A stretch of 64,000 nt of DNA from contig JAXMOL010000022.1 of assembly GCA_034669905.1 (NCBI GenBank), positions 45,007 through 109,006 on the forward strand. The letters run 5' to 3'. Both the position numbers and the translations under genes were made by a program. The notes beneath the pieces are model-generated. The model saw only the letters and a list, made by a program, of their open reading frames with translations. It made no database searches and had not been told where the DNA came from. Of the stretch, positions 18,953 to 29,207 are shown piece by piece; position 1 is the stretch's first letter; the number at the start of each line of letters is the position of its first letter. Source of the stretch: Candidatus Hydrogenedentota bacterium. GTDB lineage: Bacteria > Hydrogenedentota > Hydrogenedentia > Hydrogenedentales > JAEUWI01.

Positions 18953-19108
18953 GCTATTCACTCCCTTATCAATCAGTAGGTGGCGGGCGGATTTGCGTTC
19001 TACCTGACTATGCTCTATGCGCACCGGAATCCTGGAAACCCCGATTCAACGGCATCGACGCGGGTGCGAAAGCACCACAGCACAAGGACTTGCCCACGCG
19101 AAACGCCA

Positions 19109-19876
19109 CTAGGATCGCACAGGAACGCCGTGTTTTGCAAGGTAATCACGGGCATCCTGGATGGAGTATTCCTGAAAATGGAAGATAGAGGCGGCCAGGG
19201 CGGCGTCAGCCTTTCCCTCTACCAAGGCTTCTCGAAGGTGCTCCAGGTTTCCCGCACCACCACTGGCGATCACGGGAATGCCCACCGCTTCGGCGATGGC
19301 GCTGGTCAAGGCAATATCGTAGCCATCCTTGGTGCCATCGGCATCCATGCAGGTCAGCAGGATCTCACCTGCCCCCCGTGACTCCACCTCTTTGGCCCAG
19401 GCAATGGGCTCGAGGGCCGTGGCGCGCCCCCCTTCCCGGCCCCCGTGGCTCTTCACAATATAAGAACCATCTTCCTGCTTCTTGGCATCTATGGCCACGA
19501 CGATACACTGGGAACCAAAGCGCGATGCGGCTTCGTTGACAAAATCAGGGTCTTGAATGGCCGGGGTATTGATGGAAACTTTATCGGCCCCTGCGTTCAG
19601 CATCCGGCGGATATCGTCTTGCTTCCGTATTCCGCCTCCCACGCATAAGGGCATAAAGACCTGTTCCGCCGTACGAGACACCACGTCCAGCATGGTATTG
19701 CGGTCATCGGTCGACGCCTGAATATCCAGGAACACGAGTTCGTCGGCCCCTTCCGCATCGTAACGACGGGCGATCTCTACGGGATCACCGGCGTCGCGCA
19801 GCCCCAGAAACTGGACCCCCTTCACGACCCGGCCATCGGCCACATCGAGACAGGGAATGATTCGTTTTGTCAGCAT
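19109..19876 (-). CDS. hisF: Imidazole glycerol phosphate synthase cyclase subunit
   Basis: [30 protein letters not shown] and ALAASIFH. Confidence 0.97.
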   Translation of the reverse strand: MLTKRIIPCLDVADGRVVKGVQFLGLRDAGDPVEIARRYDAEGADELVFLDIQASTDDRNTMLDVVSRTAEQVFMPLCVGGGIRKQDDIRRMLNAGADKVSINTPAIQDPDFVNEAASRFGSQCIVVAIDAKKQEDGSYIVKSHGGREGGRATALEPIAWAKEVESRGAGEILLTCMDADGTKDGYDIALTSAIAEAVGIPVIASGGAGNLEHLREALVEGKADAALAASIFHFQEYSIQDARDYLAKHGVPVRS

Positions 19877-19975
19877 GTTCTACTCCCGCAACCCCTGGGG
19901 CTGCATATGAAATACCCGGGGCGTGGAAAGCCACGCTCCGGGCACGGTACTACACTTACTAGCGCGAACCCGGGC

Positions 19976-21499
19976 CTAGTTGAACCAGCCCCAGCTCTTC
20001 TTTTCGCCTTCTTTTTCTTCTTCCCCTGCAGCCGTAGTCTCGTCGGTCACGTCGGTCGTAGCGTCATCGCTCGCCACCTCGGTGTCCATTTCGCCGAACA
20101 CGGAGTCCGAGGATTCTTCCACGCTATCGTCGGTGGCCTCGTCTTGTGCCTCACCGTCGCCTTCTGTTTCGGCGTCGTCTTCCGCCGTATCCGCATCCGC
20201 TGCGGTATCCTCGGCGGGGGTGCTATCCGACTCCAGGGGCGCCCAGGGCGAGTTGGGTGCCGGGGCTGCCTCTTCCACCTCCGGGATGGCCTCTTCGGCT
20301 TCCGGCACATCTTCCGCCAGGGACGACTCCTCCACCACCAATTCTTCGGCAGCTTCCTCGGCCGCAGGCAACCCATCCGTTGGGTCGGAGGATTCATTTT
20401 CTGCACCGTAGAGAGAAGCCGTCTGGGCCTCGTCGGGCACTTCTACGCCTCCCTCTTCTTCGTACTCGGTGTCATCTTCGTCGCTCGCAACGTCATCTTC
20501 ACCATCGTCACTCAGATCACCCAAGGGCTCGGGGATGACGGAAGCATTGGCCGCGCTACCTTCGACCGTTTTCTCGACGACGTCAGGGACTTCTCCATCC
20601 CTTTCTTCGTCTTCTTCGGTTGCTTCGGAGGGCGCTTCTTCCCCTTCCTCTTCGCCGGAGCCATGAAGACTCAGGGGCTCAAGCAATTCTGACCGTGCTG
20701 CGGCCTGACGGGAGTCTTCCTCAGCGGAATCCACGGCACTGGCCTCCATGGCCGTGTCGCCCCCCACTTCCTCTTCCATCTCTTCTTCAATGGGGCCACT
20801 TCCCAGCGGCTGCCCGGGAGCGGAAAGGGCCATGGGCTTCGGGGCCGCTTCGAGCAATTCAACCGGCGCATTACCCGAGTGGCTGAGGCTCTCCTTGCGG
20901 ATCTCCTTGCTCGACTTGCGGGTATTGACGTTGATAGCTTTCACATTCAGTTCGATGGTGGCCAGCTCTTCCAGCCCCAGCATTTTGGTGGCTGTCTCGG
21001 CGATGTAGTCACTCACGAGACCGGCGATAGCGCGGGCATTCTGGCCCGGCTGATGTTGCAATACCGCGTCCGCCTTGATGAGGGCACTGCGCCCACCATC
21101 GCGGGGTTCGACATGTACGTCAATCTTCTTCACTTCGGGCATCCGCACGAGCACGCGGTTCAGCGACTGCTCGACTGTATCCAGCTCGATCTGGACCAGA
21201 CCATGGGGCCCGTCATAGGAAATCCGCTTGGACTTCTTCCACTTGGAGATCCGGGGAAAGAGCCCATAGGCACCAAAAACGAAGGCGATAATAGAGCCAA
21301 TGAGCCAAAGAATCCGTACTTCCAGGAGCCCCTTCGCCCAGGCCATATTCTCGGGTAACTCTTGTTGCCACTGGGTCAACTGAGCAGGAAGTTGCGCGAT
21401 ATAGTCCGTCACCGGAGCAAAGCCCAGATAAAAGGCAAGCGACAGTGCGCCCAGGCACAGCACCACGAGGCTCAGCAGCTTCAGGATGAACAGTTTCAT
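19976..21499 (-). CDS. AmaP/Asp23-like membrane protein with a long acidic disordered tail
   Basis: Two N-terminal TM helices; Asp23-like beta-alpha core (GLVQIELDTVE...IELNVKAI); position after accB-accC as in the Firmicutes-type cluster. Confidence 0.7.
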   Translation of the reverse strand: MKLFILKLLSLVVLCLGALSLAFYLGFAPVTDYIAQLPAQLTQWQQELPENMAWAKGLLEVRILWLIGSIIAFVFGAYGLFPRISKWKKSKRISYDGPHGLVQIELDTVEQSLNRVLVRMPEVKKIDVHVEPRDGGRSALIKADAVLQHQPGQNARAIAGLVSDYIAETATKMLGLEELATIELNVKAINVNTRKSSKEIRKESLSHSGNAPVELLEAAPKPMALSAPGQPLGSGPIEEEMEEEVGGDTAMEASAVDSAEEDSRQAAARSELLEPLSLHGSGEEEGEEAPSEATEEDEERDGEVPDVVEKTVEGSAANASVIPEPLGDLSDDGEDDVASDEDDTEYEEEGGVEVPDEAQTASLYGAENESSDPTDGLPAAEEAAEELVVEESSLAEDVPEAEEAIPEVEEAAPAPNSPWAPLESDSTPAEDTAADADTAEDDAETEGDGEAQDEATDDSVEESSDSVFGEMDTEVASDDATTDVTDETTAAGEEEKEGEKKSWGWFN

Positions 21500-21674
21500 T
21501 GGACTTGCTCCTTTTCAAGCAATCGTTTGCGAGGCACCCCATCGGGGCCATACAGCATCCGCCTCGGCGCTTGCACATCCGATGCGCAGGCACCCCAATC
21601 GATTATCGATCCGTCGACATTCCGTCTATCGCACCGTCCCAAGCTGACCATTGCCCGTAATGAATCCCGCCGAC

Positions 21675-23018
21675 CTAACCGTTCGTATTTACATACTCAT
21701 CGATCAAGTCCGGGCCCAAATCACCCCGGCGGAAACGGTCTCCCCGAACAATGCGGGCGCACAACTTGGCGGTTGTACTGACGCCTTCGACGATAAATTC
21801 ATCTAAGGCCCCCCCCAGGCGCTCAATGGCCTGATCCCGGTCTTTGCCTGTCGCGATGACCTTGGCCAAGAGCGAGTCGTAGTACCGCGGCACTTCGTAA
21901 CCGGCAAAGAGATGGGTATCGACACGAACTCCCGGTCCCCCGGGCATGTGACAACTCTTCACTATCCCTGGACTCGGCATAAAGTTCCGTTCAGGGTCTT
22001 CCGCGTACACGCGCGCTTCGATGGCGGCCCCTTCGGGCTTGACCGAACTGTACCCGAGGGGTTCCCCGGACGCGATGCGCAGCTGCTCGCGGACCAGATC
22101 GATACCCGTCACCTGCTCGGTTACGGGGTGCTCTACCTGGATGCGGGCATTGAACTCGATGAAATAGAACTGGCCGTTGGGGGCCAGCAGGAATTCCACC
22201 GTGCCTGCATTGGTATAGTTGATCGCCCTGGCGGCCTTGAGCGCCGCTTTGGACATCTTCGAGCGTAGCGAACTGGAAAGGGCCACAGAAGGCGACTCTT
22301 CGATCAGTTTCTGGTGGCGACGCTGGATACTACATTCGCGCTCACCGAGGGTCACGATTTTACCGTGCTCATCCGCCAGCACCTGGATTTCCACGTGGCG
22401 GGCATTATCCACGAATTTCTCGAGGTAAACCCCGCCATCGCCGAAGGCTGCAGCGGCCTCGTTGGATGCCATGGTAATGGAGTGCTTGAGGGTGGCGTCG
22501 TTGTGGGCAATACGCATGCCCTTACCACCACCGCCTGCGGCCGCCTTCACCAGGAGGGGGTAGCCAATATCCTTGGCCAGCTCCAGGACTTCGTCCGGGT
22601 CGGTGATGAGCCCTTCACTACCGGGCACCACGGGCACGCCAGCGGCTTTCACCGCCGCACGACAGGCAGCCTTGTCACCGCTGAGCGAGATGGCTTCGGG
22701 GGATGGCCCGATAAATTTAATATTGCAGTCCGCACAGATATTCGCGAACTTGGTGCTTTCGGAAAGAAAGCCATACCCCGGATGGATACCCTGGGCGTCC
22801 GTAATCTCGGCTGCCGAAATGATGCTCGGAATATGGAGATAGCTCTTATTAGGCTCGGGGGGACCGATACAGATACTCTCGTCCGCCAACGCGGCGTGGA
22901 GGGAATCTTCGTCGGCCGTCGAGTAGACCGCGATGGACGTAATGCCCATCTCGCGGCACGCTCGAATTACCCGGACGGCGATTTCGCCCCGGTTTGCAAT
23001 GAGTACGCGTCGCAACAT
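21675..23018 (-). CDS. accC: Acetyl-CoA carboxylase, biotin carboxylase
   Basis: VLIANRGEIA, HPGYGFLSE, RECSIQRRHQK and RIQVEHPVTE; start moved to ATG 23018. Confidence 0.97.
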   Translation of the reverse strand: MLRRVLIANRGEIAVRVIRACREMGITSIAVYSTADEDSLHAALADESICIGPPEPNKSYLHIPSIISAAEITDAQGIHPGYGFLSESTKFANICADCNIKFIGPSPEAISLSGDKAACRAAVKAAGVPVVPGSEGLITDPDEVLELAKDIGYPLLVKAAAGGGGKGMRIAHNDATLKHSITMASNEAAAAFGDGGVYLEKFVDNARHVEIQVLADEHGKIVTLGERECSIQRRHQKLIEESPSVALSSSLRSKMSKAALKAARAINYTNAGTVEFLLAPNGQFYFIEFNARIQVEHPVTEQVTGIDLVREQLRIASGEPLGYSSVKPEGAAIEARVYAEDPERNFMPSPGIVKSCHMPGGPGVRVDTHLFAGYEVPRYYDSLLAKVIATGKDRDQAIERLGGALDEFIVEGVSTTAKLCARIVRGDRFRRGDLGPDLIDEYVNTNG

Positions 23019-23040
23019 AGTGGTGGCTCTTTCGTCTTCG

Positions 23041-23520
23041 TCAGGAGGCGGGGCGGATGGCGAACAGGGGCTGGCCGAATTCGACGGGCTCCCCATTTTC
23101 TACGAGAACGCGTTCCACTTTACCGGCTACTTTAGCCGCCACTTCATTCATGATTTTCATGGCTTCCACGATGCAGACCGTCTGCTCGGCACCGATGCTG
23201 TCGCCTACTTGCACATAAGAGGGCTCACCGGGCGCCGGGCACACATAAAAGGTGCCTACCATGGGCGAATCAACCGTAATCAACCCTTCGTCGGCCAGGG
23301 AGGCCTCGGCAGGCGCTTCCGCTGCCGGGGCAACCGGAGCCGACGCTGCGGGTGCTGCCGGGGCGGCAACCGCGATCGGGGCCGGGGCCGGAGCCGCCGT
23401 CACATAGGATTCGCTGCGCTTGGTCAGGCGAATCCGGTGGCCTTCTTCTTCGATTTCCAATTCAGACAGCTCGGATGATTCCAACAAGCTGATTAATTCT
23501 TTGACGTCTGTCAAGTCCAC
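23041..23520 (-). CDS. accB: Biotin carboxyl carrier protein
   Basis: SPMVGTFY, EAMKIMNE biotinylation motif, Ala/Pro linker. Confidence 0.97.
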   Translation of the reverse strand: MDLTDVKELISLLESSELSELEIEEEGHRIRLTKRSESYVTAAPAPAPIAVAAPAAPAASAPVAPAAEAPAEASLADEGLITVDSPMVGTFYVCPAPGEPSYVQVGDSIGAEQTVCIVEAMKIMNEVAAKVAGKVERVLVENGEPVEFGQPLFAIRPAS

Positions 23521-23598
23521 GAAACTTACCCTCCATCATGGACGGTGCAAGTGGTTAAAGTCCCTCAACCCAACCCATTGCACCGGCTTAGCAGCAAC

Positions 23599-24165
23599 TC
23601 AATTGTTGATGCGTTCCAGATAATCGCCTGTGCGCGTATCCACTTTGACCACATCCCCTTCTTCCAGGAAGAGGGGAACTTGAATGGTGACACCGGTTTC
23701 CAGCGTAGCGGGTTTCGTCGCGCCAGAAGAACGGTCGCCCTGCACACCAGGATCCGATTCGGTAATGGTTAACTCTACACTGAGCGGCACGTTCAAGGCG
23801 ATGGCCTTGCCGTTGTGGAAGAGGATGGTTACGTTGGAATTTTCTTTCATCCAACGGGCATTCTCGTCCACGAGTTCCTTGCCCACTTCAAGCTGCTCAA
23901 AGGTCTCATTGTGCATGAAGTGAAAAAGGTCGCCGTCATTATACAGATACTGCCACGTCTGAGATTCGACGCGGGCTTCTTCAAATTTTTCACCGGAACG
24001 GTAGGTCTTTTCGATGACCCGCCCCGAGAGGAGATACTTAAACTTGGTCCGCACGAAAGCCGGGCCTTTGCCGGGCTTTACATGCTGAAACTCGACGATT
24101 TCCATCAGGCCCTTGTCACTCTCTACGACAAGTCCGTTGCGAAAATCGGATGTTGAAATGCTCAT
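23599..24165 (-). CDS. efp: Elongation factor P
   Basis: HVKPGKGPAFVR, KPATLETG, VPLF and DTRTGDYLER. Confidence 0.97.
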   Translation of the reverse strand: MSISTSDFRNGLVVESDKGLMEIVEFQHVKPGKGPAFVRTKFKYLLSGRVIEKTYRSGEKFEEARVESQTWQYLYNDGDLFHFMHNETFEQLEVGKELVDENARWMKENSNVTILFHNGKAIALNVPLSVELTITESDPGVQGDRSSGATKPATLETGVTIQVPLFLEEGDVVKVDTRTGDYLERINN

Positions 24166-25235
24166 TATGCGAGTACCTTCAATTCCTTCGGAAGCTGTGT
24201 CAGAATTTCACAGCCCGACTCTGTGACCAATACCAAGTCTTCAATACGCACCCCACCCTTCCCCGGCAGATAGATTCCCGGCTCGACCGTTACGGCCATA
24301 CCGGCTTCCAGAATGGTGTCGGAATGCTGGTTCAATCGTGGTGCTTCGTGGATTTCCAATCCGACGCCGTGCCCAAGACCATGACCAAAGTATTTGCCAT
24401 AGCCCGCATCGGAAATTATGTCCCGTGCGACGGCGTCCACCTCACGACAAGGGACGCCGGGCCGTATTGCGTCAAGCGCGGCCAATTGGGCGGTAAGGGT
24501 GACATGGTAGATCTCGTCAAACCATGCTCCGGGGATGGTACCGAATACAAATGTTCGAGTCAAGTCAGAACAGTAACTTTCGAGAATACAGCCCAGATCC
24601 AAAAGGACGATATCACCGTGTTCCAGCCCCTTTTTACCGGGCATTCCGTGGGGTAGTGAACTGCGGGAGCCGAAGAGGGCGATGGGGTCGAAAGAGGCGC
24701 CCGAGGCCCCCCGTTTTTTAAATTCAAACTCCAACTGGGCCACAAATTCGGCTTCGGTAATGCCGGGTTGCAGGGTGGGAATCAGGGAAGCCAGGGCGGC
24801 CTCGGCGAGGGCCGTGGAGGCCCGGAGTTTTTCCTGCTCCTCAGGAGACTTCACCTGACGGGCATTCACACCAAGGCCCTCCAGGGGGCAAAGGGACGCG
24901 CCCAGCGCTTTTTCCAACCGCATGCTCTGGGCGAGTGAGAGGGTGCCAGGTTCCACGGCAACCCGTTTTGTCCCGAGTCGGGCCATGTATTCACCGGCCT
25001 TCACCTCGATGCTGCCCGCGACTTCCTCAACTTCAAATCCGGTCACCTGCTCCCCGGCCTGTTCGGTATAGCGGAAATCGCAGAGAAACACCGCTTCCTT
25101 CGGGGTTACGAGGACGGCCGAGGTGCTGCCTCGAAATCCCGTGAGATATTCATTTGCAGGGGGGAAAAAACTAACAAAACCATCACAATCATGGGTCGAA
25201 AGTTCAGCGCGCAGGGCGTCTAAGCGTGCCGTCAT
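24165..25235 (-). CDS. Xaa-Pro aminopeptidase (M24B)
   Basis: DFRY, YCSDLTRT, HGLGHGVGLEIHE, TVEPGIY and GVRIED. Confidence 0.95.
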   Translation of the reverse strand: MTARLDALRAELSTHDCDGFVSFFPPANEYLTGFRGSTSAVLVTPKEAVFLCDFRYTEQAGEQVTGFEVEEVAGSIEVKAGEYMARLGTKRVAVEPGTLSLAQSMRLEKALGASLCPLEGLGVNARQVKSPEEQEKLRASTALAEAALASLIPTLQPGITEAEFVAQLEFEFKKRGASGASFDPIALFGSRSSLPHGMPGKKGLEHGDIVLLDLGCILESYCSDLTRTFVFGTIPGAWFDEIYHVTLTAQLAALDAIRPGVPCREVDAVARDIISDAGYGKYFGHGLGHGVGLEIHEAPRLNQHSDTILEAGMAVTVEPGIYLPGKGGVRIEDLVLVTESGCEILTQLPKELKVLA

Positions 25236-25317
25236 GAAGTCATCCTTCTAAAGCAATACCAAGGCAAAGTTCAGTAACTCCAACGAGTTAGCACCCCATC
25301 ATACGGGTGCATGGACC

Positions 25318-28110
25318 CTATTGCAAGCCCCGTTCCCACCGGGCCGCCTGCAGGGCCGTCCCCGCAGCACGTACCGCCGCCCCCTCGGCTTCGTAGCGGG
25401 CGGCCACATCCAATACCCCCTGGTTTCGATAGGAGCGGCCCATGGCTTCCAGCGCCCCCGCATGGGCGAAATAGTAGCGGGGTTCGAGATGCCCCAGTTC
25501 CTGGGACAGGGCAAATTCCGCCAGCGCCTTCTCATAGCAATCGATACTTGCCTGCCCCTGACGGGTTGCTGCCAGGGTCCAATAGGTCCAGGCGAGGTGC
25601 TGATGCATGTCTTTGTACAGCGGACTACGTTCCACCGCCCGCTCGGCCCACGTCACCATGGCGGCAAGATAGGCATCACGGCGGTCTTCCTGGTGCGTAG
25701 AGACTTCTTCCGCCATCATCTTGAGCACGCGGCTGATCAGGAGTGCCAGGTCCGGATCATAGGGGTACCGGGCATCCAGAAAGATCAACTCATCCACCCA
25801 ACGCTCGAGGCGCTCCATCGCGATGTAGTGGGCGTCCCAGGGACGCTGTAAGACAAAGACGCTCTGGGGCGGCAAGGCCGCGTCCGGGGCAAGCGGAACC
25901 CACGTTCGGGTGGTCGGGTCCGGGAAGAGCACCTGCCCCAAACCAAATAATTGTTCTCGCTCGGGCAGGAGACTTACCGCGACGGAAACCGGAATACGTG
26001 GGGCGGGCGCCTCTTTCCCTGCCCGTGCCCATCGGGTACCGTCGACAACGAAGAAGGTGCCGGCCTGCTCCCGGGTATCCGACCAGGCCCGCTTGCTCAC
26101 ATTGATCAGCCGTCCCCCGTTTAGTCCCAGTGATTGGAGAAAAGGACGCATCATCAACCCCGCCGCAATAGTTGCGAATACGATAATCAAGAGCGGTAGC
26201 CATTTGTTTCCCCCGGTCAGCCGGGTTCCCACCGTGCCGGACAGCTCACTGTAAAAGAGCCCCAACGCCGCCATGGCCATCATGACCAATGAGGGGTGCG
26301 AGAAATTAATATCGATCAATCCGTGAAGAAGGAACGCTAACAAGGCGACGGCCAGCCCGACAGCGACGCCGCTGCGTTTGCCAAGCTTCCCTCGAATGTA
26401 CCCCACTGCGGTCACGACGAAACATCCCCAAAACATCAGGAAGAGCAGTAGCCCGGGCGCACCCGTTTCGCAAAGCATTTGGAGCGGGAAACTATGTGCG
26501 TTCCGAACGTCGCCGGCATCGATATCCTGCAGGGGGCCGTAGGCCATGCCGAAATTGCCCAGCCCGACACCACGCCAGGGGTTGGCGGCGGCCATCCGAA
26601 GGGCTACCCGCCAGTAGCCAATGCGCGCCGCGAAGGATGCCGGGTTGGCCAACTCGGCCACGGAAACATCCATCCCCTCAGCAGAGACTTCGCGGAGTGG
26701 TGCTTCCCGGGAGTCTTCCATCTGGGCAACGCTGGCCGTTGACTGGGCCAGAAATGCTATGAGCCCCCCTACCAGAACAAACACTGCTGCCCGATGGACG
26801 CCGCCCTGCCCCTTCGCCCCACGCCGGAAGAACAACACAAGCGACACGCCGACCGCGCCCGCCAGGGCCAGCATCCCGCCTCGGGAATAGGATATCCACA
26901 GGGCTCCCAGCATGGTAAGGGCCAGCACGATGCCGCCGTAGCATTGGAGATGTGCGAGCGCCCGCCGCAAACCGGTCCGCCGCCCCAGCAAGAGAAAGGC
27001 GGTCGTGGGGAGCGCTGCCGCCAGGGCACTCAGGATACTGAGCCCTGTCACGTCGCCATACCAGGGCGGCCCTTCCAGGCTATAGGTCAACTGGAGCAGG
27101 CCCAGGGCGAATACGACGAGGGCGACCAGCACAAACAGGGGCAAGGCCACGAGAAGCAACATCCGAAAACGGCGTTCAACCGCCACGGCCAATTCCGTCG
27201 TCTCGCTCCCCAGTCGGCGTCTTCCCTCCCAGGCCAGGGCAACACTGGGCGCAATCCCCAGGAGCAACAGGGCCGCGAGGGCATTGGGAAAGACCATGCT
27301 GGCAAAGGCACGATTCAAATTGAAGCGGCGGGCCAATTCCGGAGTAAACTCGGTGGCTCCCTTGAACCACCGTGAGAGTAATTCGGGATTTGACTGCAAC
27401 TCGTTTCGCAGCCAGGGCAACACGTAGTACAAATGGGGGTAGGCAAAGAGGGCCTGCCCCATCACCCCGGCCAACAGGCCCAGGAGCACAACGCGGCGGG
27501 TCACTCGTGTTGGGGTGCTGTTGAGCGTCACAAAAAAGAGTGCCCCGTAGCCCACCCACAGGAGTAATTCGTTGTAGGTCGTATGGCGCTGAATGGCTCC
27601 CGTGGCCGCGACCGACGCCCAAAGCACCAGTGCCCCCCACAACAGAATGGGATTCACACCGCGCAGGGGTTGGGGCATCCGAAACTGCCGAATCCCCCAT
27701 ACCACCACCAGGTAAAGACTGGCCCAGAGAAAGTAGGTATTATCTGCGGGGTAGGTAAAGCCGTCCAGCCAGGGGCGCAGGGCCAACAGCACCGCCAGAC
27801 CCACGGACACATGAATATAGGCTCCCACCCCAAGCAATACGACCCCGGTGAGTAGGACCGCCGCATCCATACTTTGTAAGGACTCCATCCCCAGCAAGGG
27901 TTGAAGTCTGGCCCCGGCAATAATCACGAGGACCCGCTTGAGACCGAGGAGACTGTTTCCGGAAGCCATCAGTCCAATAAGCGCACACCACACGGCAAGA
28001 CAGCCCAGCACGAGCACGGTTTCGCGCGGTGCGGCGAACTCGGCAGGCCACAATCCGTGCTTTTCGGGTGTGGGCGAAGTAGTTTTGCAGGGCTTCCGGG
28101 TGGGGTTCAA
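25318..28110 (-). CDS. O-antigen ligase/Wzy_C-family polytopic membrane protein with C-terminal TPR-like region
   Basis: RAFASMVFPNALA, SYSRGG, RIGYWRVALRM, GVGLGNF, NAHSFPLQMLCETG and HGLID; start uncertain. Confidence 0.85.
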   Translation of the reverse strand: MNPTRKPCKTTSPTPEKHGLWPAEFAAPRETVLVLGCLAVWCALIGLMASGNSLLGLKRVLVIIAGARLQPLLGMESLQSMDAAVLLTGVVLLGVGAYIHVSVGLAVLLALRPWLDGFTYPADNTYFLWASLYLVVVWGIRQFRMPQPLRGVNPILLWGALVLWASVAATGAIQRHTTYNELLLWVGYGALFFVTLNSTPTRVTRRVVLLGLLAGVMGQALFAYPHLYYVLPWLRNELQSNPELLSRWFKGATEFTPELARRFNLNRAFASMVFPNALAALLLLGIAPSVALAWEGRRRLGSETTELAVAVERRFRMLLLVALPLFVLVALVVFALGLLQLTYSLEGPPWYGDVTGLSILSALAAALPTTAFLLLGRRTGLRRALAHLQCYGGIVLALTMLGALWISYSRGGMLALAGAVGVSLVLFFRRGAKGQGGVHRAAVFVLVGGLIAFLAQSTASVAQMEDSREAPLREVSAEGMDVSVAELANPASFAARIGYWRVALRMAAANPWRGVGLGNFGMAYGPLQDIDAGDVRNAHSFPLQMLCETGAPGLLLFLMFWGCFVVTAVGYIRGKLGKRSGVAVGLAVALLAFLLHGLIDINFSHPSLVMMAMAALGLFYSELSGTVGTRLTGGNKWLPLLIIVFATIAAGLMMRPFLQSLGLNGGRLINVSKRAWSDTREQAGTFFVVDGTRWARAGKEAPAPRIPVSVAVSLLPEREQLFGLGQVLFPDPTTRTWVPLAPDAALPPQSVFVLQRPWDAHYIAMERLERWVDELIFLDARYPYDPDLALLISRVLKMMAEEVSTHQEDRRDAYLAAMVTWAERAVERSPLYKDMHQHLAWTYWTLAATRQGQASIDCYEKALAEFALSQELGHLEPRYYFAHAGALEAMGRSYRNQGVLDVAARYEAEGAAVRAAGTALQAARWERGLQ

Positions 28111-29207
28111 GGGGTTCCATCTCCACGGTCACGACGTGCCCCCATCAACAATACAATCATTAAGAACACCCCTACTGTCTGCGCCACGATGATGGCTGTC
28201 CCCCGCACATTCAACTGCGGGAGCAAGGCCCCACCTAAACCGATAATGGCAGCGACCAGAAATATAAACTCGACGGCCTGACGGGGCGACATGCCACGGT
28301 CCACCAGACGGTGGGAAAAGTGCCTGTTATCACCTTGCATCACATCCACCCCCGCCCGCCATCGAAGGTAGACCACGCTCACCATATCGAAAAGGGGCAC
28401 GGCGAGGGCGAGCAAGGGAGCCGCCACTGCGAGTCGGGGCGTTCCCTCCACATGAAAGGTGCCGAGGACCGCGATAGTCGCAAGAAAGTAGCCGCAGAAC
28501 ATGGCGCCTGCATCGCCCATGTAAATACGCGCGGGACTGAGGTTATGGTAGAGAAATCCGCACAGCGTTCCGGCAAAGAGAAGGAGTAAGAGCCGGACCA
28601 TGGGCTCGAAGGGCACAACACATAGGAAAAACGACAGGGCCGCGATCACCGAGACGCCCGCGCAAAGACCGTCCATGTTATCCAGGAAGTTCATGGCGTT
28701 GGTGAGCAGGAGCACCCACAGAATCGTGACGAGACTGGAGAGCAAGGGATTCGAAAATACGAAGAGCTCGATACGCACATTGGCCAGCACGAGGAGCAGC
28801 CCCGCTGTGGTTTGGCCGGCCAGTTTGGTCAGCGGACGGAGGGCGTAGAGATCATCATAGACACCCAGCAGGAACACCACTCCCCCGCCGAGCAAGATAC
28901 CCGCCAATTTAATCTCTCCCCCATCACCGAGGGCACCGTGGAGAAAGTTTCGGATATAGGCCATTCCAAACTGGTCCAAGGTAAACAAGACCGCGAGATG
29001 GAGCAATACAAGGCCATAAAGGGTAAGCACAATGGCCACGCCACCCAACAGCGGCACGGGCGTCGCCTGGGTCTTGCGTCCGCCGGGGTGGTCCAGAACA
29101 TTCCAGCGCAACGCGAGGCGACGCATGAGTTCGGTGGCGCCGATGGCACAAACCAGGGCAATGGCAAAACTATAGCCATAGGTCATGTAGGTCACTTCGG
29201 GACGCAT
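28107..29207 (-). CDS. WecA/MraY-family polyprenyl-phosphate HexNAc-1-P transferase
   Basis: DHPGGRK, PLLGG, GVYDD, NAMNFLDNMDGL, MGDAG and HFSHRL; start 29207 or 29186. Confidence 0.92.
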   Translation of the reverse strand: MRPEVTYMTYGYSFAIALVCAIGATELMRRLALRWNVLDHPGGRKTQATPVPLLGGVAIVLTLYGLVLLHLAVLFTLDQFGMAYIRNFLHGALGDGGEIKLAGILLGGGVVFLLGVYDDLYALRPLTKLAGQTTAGLLLVLANVRIELFVFSNPLLSSLVTILWVLLLTNAMNFLDNMDGLCAGVSVIAALSFFLCVVPFEPMVRLLLLLFAGTLCGFLYHNLSPARIYMGDAGAMFCGYFLATIAVLGTFHVEGTPRLAVAAPLLALAVPLFDMVSVVYLRWRAGVDVMQGDNRHFSHRLVDRGMSPRQAVEFIFLVAAIIGLGGALLPQLNVRGTAIIVAQTVGVFLMIVLLMGARRDRGDGTP

